Below are positions 55,860 to 64,000 of a stretch of 64,000 bases of DNA, piece after piece. This DNA comes from the human T2T-CHM13v2.0 reference genome, Homo sapiens, in the NCBI RefSeq assembly GCF_009914755.1, contig NC_060935.1, one strand, 5' to 3'. Within the stretch, counting starts at the first letter, position 1. Every line of letters begins with the position of its first letter. A program made the translations under genes and the position numbers. The notes beneath the pieces were generated by a model. The model searched no databases. It was given only the letters and a program-made list of their open reading frames with translations, and was not told the origin of the DNA.

Positions 55860-57292
55860 AACATTTTTACTTTACACTATGTGGAAGATTGGTGGTTAGA
55901 AGAGCTGTAAACAAATTTGCATTTTAGAAAGAATACTCTGGTGATGAGATGGGGGCATACTTAGAAAGGGAAGAAGCGGGGGAGCCTGCTGAAACCTATT
56001 CTAACAAGCATTCATCTAAAAATGTTGAAGTTCTCACCAAGAGAAACATTCAATGGGAATGAAGAGGAAGAGATGGATTTGAGAAATATCAGAAAATAGT
56101 GCAATTGTTGCTTTTAGTTGCAGTGCAGAAGCACCCAACAGAAAAGTGGCATATTGCAGAACTGATAAGTCTCTTACTCCAACTGCTTTTTAGAAACCCA
56201 CTGTGTGATTTTGATGGAAGGATTTAGCCCCTGAACTTCTAGAGGATGTTGGCTTTTGAAAAGGAGAAAACACAGGAGTTCCTGTGGATCCAGGTGATTG
56301 GGTTTAGCTCTGTTTTGTAGCCTGCATTTAGACCCTTTGTAGATAAAATTGGGGCAGATCCTAGAAGCTGCACACACTCACAGGTGGCTTCCTGGGACAC
56401 TGCCTGAATCTGGGTCTAAAGTTACAGCAACTTTTCAGGACATGTATGCTTTCCTGAAATCAGTGATGGAGTGACCATTTAATACTTTCTCTTTTGTCAT
56501 TCTACCTTTCTTTTTTCCCCATTAGGCTCTAACTGAACCTTGTTTCAGAGTAGTGGGCTGTGAAAGTGGGCTAAGAAGATTGAAGAGCTCTATAAAGAAG
56601 GTATAAAATACGATTCTGACAATTTGATGCTGATCGTTTGTGATGTGTGAAATTAAATCCTTATCCAATGTGCCTAGACAATGCAATTAGTCTTGGGTGT
56701 CTATATTAAGAAACCTTTTTTGTTAAATCAATGCAGGAGCTCAGCTCAGAAATAGACCACCCTGGAGAAAAAGTTTTAAGATGTAAGTCATTCAGTGCCC
56801 CAGGTTTCCAAGAAAAAAGTAAAAATGTATGATGACAAAGAATAAGGGAAAGCTAAACGACTTGTCTGTTAAAGTATATACGCTGATTAATTATCTGTTT
56901 ATACCTCTCATGCATTTATGTATTCATCTTTTAGCATATATTTTTGAGACCTACTATATAAAAGATTCTTGCATTAAGGATAATGCTGAACAAAACAGAG
57001 TAGGTCCTGTGTCACAGTGTTTACAATCTCCAGAGGAGTGAGGAGACAGATATTAAACAAATACAAATAGTTGCATAATTTTAAAGTGTAGCAAATATTA
57101 GGCAAAAGAAGCAACACAAATAGTCAACAGGAGAGCAAGGACTTTGTCTTTCTTTGTCACAGTTGTATGTGCCAGGCACTGCCCCAAGACATTGACATCT
57201 AGCAATTCATTTAATTTAATCCTTAAAATGGAGGCACTATTACTACTCCCATTTGAAGGATGAGAAAAATGAGATAAAAAGAGGTTAAGATT

Positions 57293-57652
<360 letters not shown>

Positions 57653-58155
57653 CTACCAGTAAGTGGCCAAATAAGGAGTAGAAACCAGAGAGTGGGACTT
57701 ATGGAGGGAATGTTCTCATCCACTGTGCTACCTGCCTATGCCCACATCGAAGAGCTCATCTCCACCTAGTAACCCAACCCTCTCCTCTATTGCAACACAT
57801 CTTATTCATCCTTTGTAATACAGCCTATGGCAAGCCTTCTATGACACGTCATCAAAGCCCACAGAGACAGTTAATGTCTCTCCTGCATGTTTCTAAATAC
57901 AAAAAGAATAGTGTCGTGGGGTTATGAGCATACACTCTCACGCTAGCCTACCTGACTTCAGTTTCTTGCCTCTGATGCGTAATGGGCTCAAAAGCTTAAG
58001 CACAGTACTAAACCTCTGTATGCCTCCATTACACGTTACCCTGCACCACCACCTAAACCACTGGTAGATTGCCACCATTCTGAAACAAAAGGGAACTTAG
58101 AAAGGAATCCTGTTACCATATTACAATGGTTTGGTATGTTCACAGCTAGATTCTC

Positions 58156-58303
58156 AACCTCTAAAAGAACACTGTAATACAGAAATATCTCAATAAATAC
58201 TGTTCACTGAAGGAATGAAATCCTTTCATAACCTCTAAAAGAATACTGTAATACAGAAATATCTCAATAAATACTGTTCACTGAAGGAATGAAATCCTTT
58301 CAT
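58156..58303. repeat. 74-bp tandem duplication (1 mismatch)
   Basis: aacctctaaaagaa(c/t)actgtaatacag...gaaatcctttcat occurs twice. Confidence 0.97.
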
Positions 58304-60329
58304 GATCTTTGCCATCCTAGTCATCCACTAATCTTTCCAATAACACTAGATGATTTGATATTATTTTAATATACTCTGGATTTTCATATATCTACATCAT
58401 TGTATTATTATTTCTGCCTATTGTAAAGAACCACAATAAATCCCTTATTTAAGACCTGTATGGCCAGATCTACGGAAGAATTCATGGGGGCATGAGAGAA
58501 GTATTTTATAGAGATAAACCAATGTAATTGCATGTTATATAGTGTCCTCATCAGGGACTAAGACAACATTCTTTAGCCAAAATATATTAATATTTCTGGA
58601 GCACAACATATAAATATTCACACTAAGTAAAATTAATGAAGGCTTTAGCATGTATTTTAGGTTTTGTTACCATTTGAGCTATGAAAATGCTTTTAGTTTT
58701 AAGATTTTTGGACTTTGTAATTGCACACCAAGGGCCTGTATTATTGCTACCCGTGATCTCTATTGGTCTAAATTGTACCCATACCTCAAAAGTAAGATCT
58801 GATAACACCTTCCCAGAAAATCTGTCCTGTCTTCTGCACCTGAAATTAACTTTCCTCTCCTCTACTCTCACCATTCTCAATTCCTTTAACAGAGTGATGA
58901 CATTTTCAGCCTTGTGCTTAATTTAGATATACATACACTTGTTCTCTTTTCTAGATGGAAAGATCCTTGAAGGTCAGAAAAATGGTTATTCACATTTTAT
59001 CCTTTTCTGTATCTATGGCAGATATTATCCTTATCGTGAGTAGGACTTAACTGAACCTAAAGAATGGCTTGAACTAGGAGTGAAAAGGGAAGGACATTCC
59101 TGAAGACTATGAGAACTAGAGGGTAAAAAGACAATTTCATATATTGATTAGACCTATGCATATGGGCGCTTACTAGCATGTTGCATATGTTATCATTCAG
59201 GACCAATAATCTTAGGAGAACATTGAGACTTAGAAGGGCTGAGTGACTTGTAGTTAAATAGTGGCAACATTTCAATTCAAACTTAAGATTGCTTGAGTTT
59301 AAACTCTGTGGTTTTCCCACTGTATTTTCCACTTACCAGAGTTGCTATAGTCTAAGGAAATTGAGGAATCTTAATGAATCTTGAAAGCTATCTGTAACTG
59401 TTGTTCAATTATAGACATGTATCTGGAAAAGGAGAGTTAAATAAAGAAACAATATTTTCCTTAGATGCAGTTGGGACTTGAGGGCCAAGTAAGTCCTCTC
59501 ACAAGGTTAGGAGTGTCAGAGGAATTTATCAGCCTTATTGTTGCAAGGAAACTAAGGAGAATGAAGATAATATTTAGAAGGAGTCACTAGGTACAACAAG
59601 ATTGCAAACTTAATTGTAATGCTGATCCCCTCTGCGCCATCTTATTAAACAGCCAAGAAAATCCTTTATCACAAAAGATTTCCAAGGATGTGACATTTTC
59701 CTCTCTCTAATTCTATTTCACTTAAATTATCACCCTGAAGATTTCAAAGGGGTGCTCTCGGCAGTCTGATAGATTGAAGCCCCTCTCTAACTAAAGGAAA
59801 CATTGATTGTGTAAAAAGGAAAAATACCAGAGACATCCCCGGTAGATCCTGGTGAAACCATGTACTCATATGAGACTTCTTTTTTTTGTATTTGTTATCA
59901 CTTTGAAAATGACAAAGGAGCAATAAAATAATTAATTAAGTTCTGGAATAACATCTTGAGGTATGATTATAATCAGGAAAGCAATTGTGAAAATGGCATT
60001 GTAAGTCTCGATTCCCATTCTCTTGTGTGACTTGGCCCTGAAATGTACTCAGGACACAAAGGAGAGCTGATATTTTTGTCGAGTGAAGCTGAAAACTCAA
60101 CCTGGGCTGTGAAAATTAAAGCTGGTTGTTGCTGTCTCTAAAATCTGTAATAAAATCTCACAATTAGTATCCACAAGTACTGAATCCTTTAGATAATTTT
60201 ACATACCTTTATGTGTAAATGTATGTGTATATATATGCATTTTTAATGTCGTGTAGAACAAACAGGTAAATAGAGTTGGTTTTTCTATGGTTTTCGTAGC
60301 TCTGAAAGCTTAGGTTGGCTCAAGATGTA

Positions 60330-60800
60330 TTTGAATCAGTTTATCCATACCTTTTGGTAGAGTCCAAACTGTTTAACCTTGTGGCAAGGAGCTCTGCCTC
60401 CTGCTTACCCTTTAACCCCTCTTCCCCTCATACAAGACACTTTATAATATTCTTTTATTTCCTGTAATGTGATATTCTCCCTCCCACTGCAGTAGGTTTG
60501 CATTTTCTTCCCTTTCTGCCTTCAATATTCTTCTCAATCATCCCATGCACTCTAGGTCTTAGCAGCTTCCACAGTACTTCTGCACAGACAGCTTCCCTGG
60601 CACCTCTTCCGGGCTGAAGCCATTGCAGTGCATCTCTGTATGGTGCCTTTTCTAACTCTGCTCACATCTACAATCACTTGGTTTCTGATTGTCTTCCAAT
60701 TCAACTGTGAGCTCTGGGAGGGTAGAGCTGAGGTTTGGTTTGTTAAAGCATAGTGTCTGATGTATACTAAGATCTTAGTAAATATTTGTTGAAAAAAATC
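60330..60800 (+). mobile_element. L2 3' fragment
   Basis: caactgtgagctctgggaggg...tagtaaatatttgttgaa tail. Confidence 0.65.
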
Positions 60801-61422
60801 AACGGATAAAAAAATCAATATGTCCAAAGGAAGTCATGATTGAAAATGGTTGATCATTTTAAATGAGCAACTTTTCTATTGCCTGTTTCCAAAACTCCAA
60901 GGGCAAAGCAAATGTGCAATTTTTCATCTCCTTGAGCTTAACTCTGAGCACCACGTGTGGCATGTAAGTAGTTGCTAAGCTGCTGTTGTTTAAATTAATG
61001 GGGCAACAGGGCTGAGTGGGAAGGGCTAAACTTGACAGGCGGGCTTATCTAGCTCAATTCCTGAGTGCCTCATTTAGTAGCTTAGGGACTTTATTTCTCA
61101 GATTCCTGTCTTATAAAATTAGTAATAGTTAACAATTATAGGTTAAATAGATCTATTTTCTGCATGATGCTTTATTTTGTTTCAAAGAAAAAGATAAATG
61201 AAAAATTGATAGTACAGTATTAGTACCTCATAGCTATTCAGTATTGTGACTTTTATTATTATGCTATGTGAAGCAAGACAAACAAAGAATTAAATCAGAT
61301 GTAACTCATAGCCACAAGAAACTTCTAATCCAGGGAATAAAACTAACACATAAAGACCAGGTTGCAGAAAGGTTTGCAAAGAATACTGTTGAGGTTCACA
61401 CTGTATATGAAAATTCTTTTGA

Positions 61423-61818
<396 letters not shown>

Positions 61819-62904
61819 TTCATTCAACTGTAATAAAGGTCAATTTCCTCAGCTGAGAACTTGGAACATAATTACTCCACAGGTTTATAGCATGGTTGAA
61901 ATACAATAATGCAAGTGAGGGCATCTAACGTAAGTGCACGAATATTCCAGCACTGTTAGATGCCAGGTGCCCTGAATTTGATATTCAGGTCTGGAATATG
62001 ATTAATGCTTAACAGAGTTTTGCATGAATAAACAAAAAACAATGTGTAAAAGAAGATTTTCAGCTTGAGCTTGAAGGATGAGGTGATTTAGATTGGAGAG
62101 TTGTGGGGCAGGATGCAGGTGATATTACATTCCAAAGAGGACAAGGTATCAGTAAACGGGAAGAGGCAGGAAATCTCATGGCATGGTGGGAGGTGATAAA
62201 GTGACTTGTCCAAGGGCACATAGCTAGTCAGTGGTAGATCAGGGTCTTTTCCATTTTACCACATGATCTCATAAATAGGGCCACAGATGATGTTTGAGAT
62301 GGCTTGAGTTTCAGAAAGATTATTTGGGTGGCTGTTTGTAAGGAATCCTGGAAAGTGAACTTGAGTTCCTGCCATGTGCCAGGTGCTGAGCTAGGATGCC
62401 AAGTGCATGCACATAGGTCATTCTTGTAGAGAGCTAGGGTGTTGTCACATAGCTGAGGCAATAAAATAATTTAGGTCTTCGCGGAAGGTAAGAAGACTGT
62501 AATCCTGCTGATAATGATGGCAAACAATCATATAGTGCTTAGTATTAAAATTCCCCAATATTTAACCTATACAGAAGAGCAATTTTCTATAGTTCAAACT
62601 GATACATGCCAGGAATTATTATATATGCTTTTAAAAAGCACTCATTAAATCCTCACAGCAACTTAGTCAGAGAAGAAGTATTATTATTATCATTTTGTGG
62701 CAAAGAAATTAAAGGACATTTCAAAAGATAGTTAGGACTATTTAACCAGAGCTCAAGAAAGAGGTTCCATCTACAGATAAAATTTAAAATGTCATGGGTA
62801 TCAACAAAAGAGCTGAAGCATGAGGACAGATGAGATTACAATGGGTCTCAAAAAGAGCATGGACAGGATAGGTTTAGAAATGTCAGGGAAAGGTTGCACT
62901 TTAT

Positions 62905-62996
62905 TAGATGGGACATACTTATTCTAAAAAGTATCCAGTATTGATTTGAAATTTACATATGCTCTATATTTTAGTTTGCTAAGTATGGTAATCCTC
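62905..62996. mobile_element. MER53-like MITE fragment
   Basis: tgggacatacttattctaaaaa...tttgctaagtatggtaatcct. Confidence 0.5.
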
Positions 62997-63495
62997 CCTA
63001 TGTGAGTAAACAGCAATGTATTACTTGATAAAAATATGGAATCATTCCTATGTTGGGTAACTTGCCCAAGACTGACAGATATTCATTTGTTGTCAGAAGG
63101 TCCAGATTTTACCTCTCGCTCTGTCCCTTTCCATACCACATTTTTAAGTACTTTTTATCATACATTTATTGAAAGTGACCTTGAAAATATGTCTGTAAGA
63201 TAAAAGAAACTAACGCGCTCGTGTGCATATACTATACTGCACACCTGGAAGCATAGTAAGTTGATGAAGCCCGATTTGCGTCCAAGCCAAAAAATTATTT
63301 TATGTCTTTGGTGTTCAGCCTTTCACAACATTATATACATCAGACAGGATGATATTTTGAGATTTTAAAGGGAGGAGATTTGTCATGCAAGCTGGCAGAT
63401 GCGGCTGCTGAAGAATCTAAGTCTCCCAAATCTCCATTCCTATCTCTATCATGGGGAAAAAAAAATCACTCTCTCATTTGTTCGATCTATATACC

Positions 63496-63853
63496 TGTAT
63501 TAGTCCATTCTCATGCTGCTATGAAGAAATACCCAAGACTAGGTAATTTATAAAGAAAAGACGTTTAATTGACTGACAATTCCTCATGGCTGGGGAGGCC
63601 TCAGGAAACTTACAATCATGGCGGAAGGCATCTCTTCACAGGGTGGCAGGAGAAAGAATGAGTGTTGAGTGAAGGGGGAAACGCCTTATAAAACAGTCAG
63701 ATCTCGTTAGAACTCACTCACTACCACAAGAACAGCAGGGGGAAAACCGCCCCCGTGATTCAATTATCTTTACCCTGTCCCCCCTTGACAGGTGGAGATT
63801 ATGGGAACTACAATTCAAGATGAGATTTGGGTTGGGACACAGACAAACCATCA
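63496..63853 (-). mobile_element. THE1C/D-like MaLR solo LTR
   Basis: tgtattagtccattctcatgctgct ... gggacacagacaaaccatca; perfect TSD atacc (63491-63495 / 63854-63858). Confidence 0.93.
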
Positions 63854-64000
63854 ATACCCTTTACGCTTATTCTGTTCTAGCTCTGTAAACCGCTGGAGAG
63901 TCAGGGATAGGCAAGCTAAAGACTTTAAGAGCTAACAATCTGATAGGGATAGATAAGCCTTATAGGGTTGCATGAAAATCAATTACAATTATGAATATGT

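Noticed and set aside
56105-56480. Possible old MLT1/LTR fragment
   Set aside because: Too diverged to support a call by eye.

Overview
Primate (human-like) AT-rich, CpG-poor intronic or intergenic DNA dominated by interspersed repeats. I count 11 AluS elements, several L1 relics (L1PA15/16-, L1PB-, L1MA/MB/MC/ME-like), THE1/MLT/LTR33/MER4 LTR elements (one full-length THE1), hAT MITEs (MER58A, MER5B, MER81, MER94, MER53) and many MIR/L2 fragments. I can support no intact protein-coding gene, RNA gene, CpG-island promoter or CRISPR array; the longer ORFs come from repeats. I do not see a new biological system. The most interesting signals are fossil DNA-movement events readable from the junctions: (1) a 5'-inverted L1PB1 apparently carrying a ~1.5 kb 3' transduction, bounded by one TSD inside an L2; (2) a ~790 bp foreign segment inside an MLT2 LTR that is itself nested in LTR33; (3) an ~87 bp locally templated copy inserted into an L1; (4) a nested cluster of five transposons with two deletions; (5) a THE1 provirus whose two LTRs differ in U3. 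Family and subfamily names come from recalled consensus sequences, not a database search, and the boundaries of old elements are approximate.
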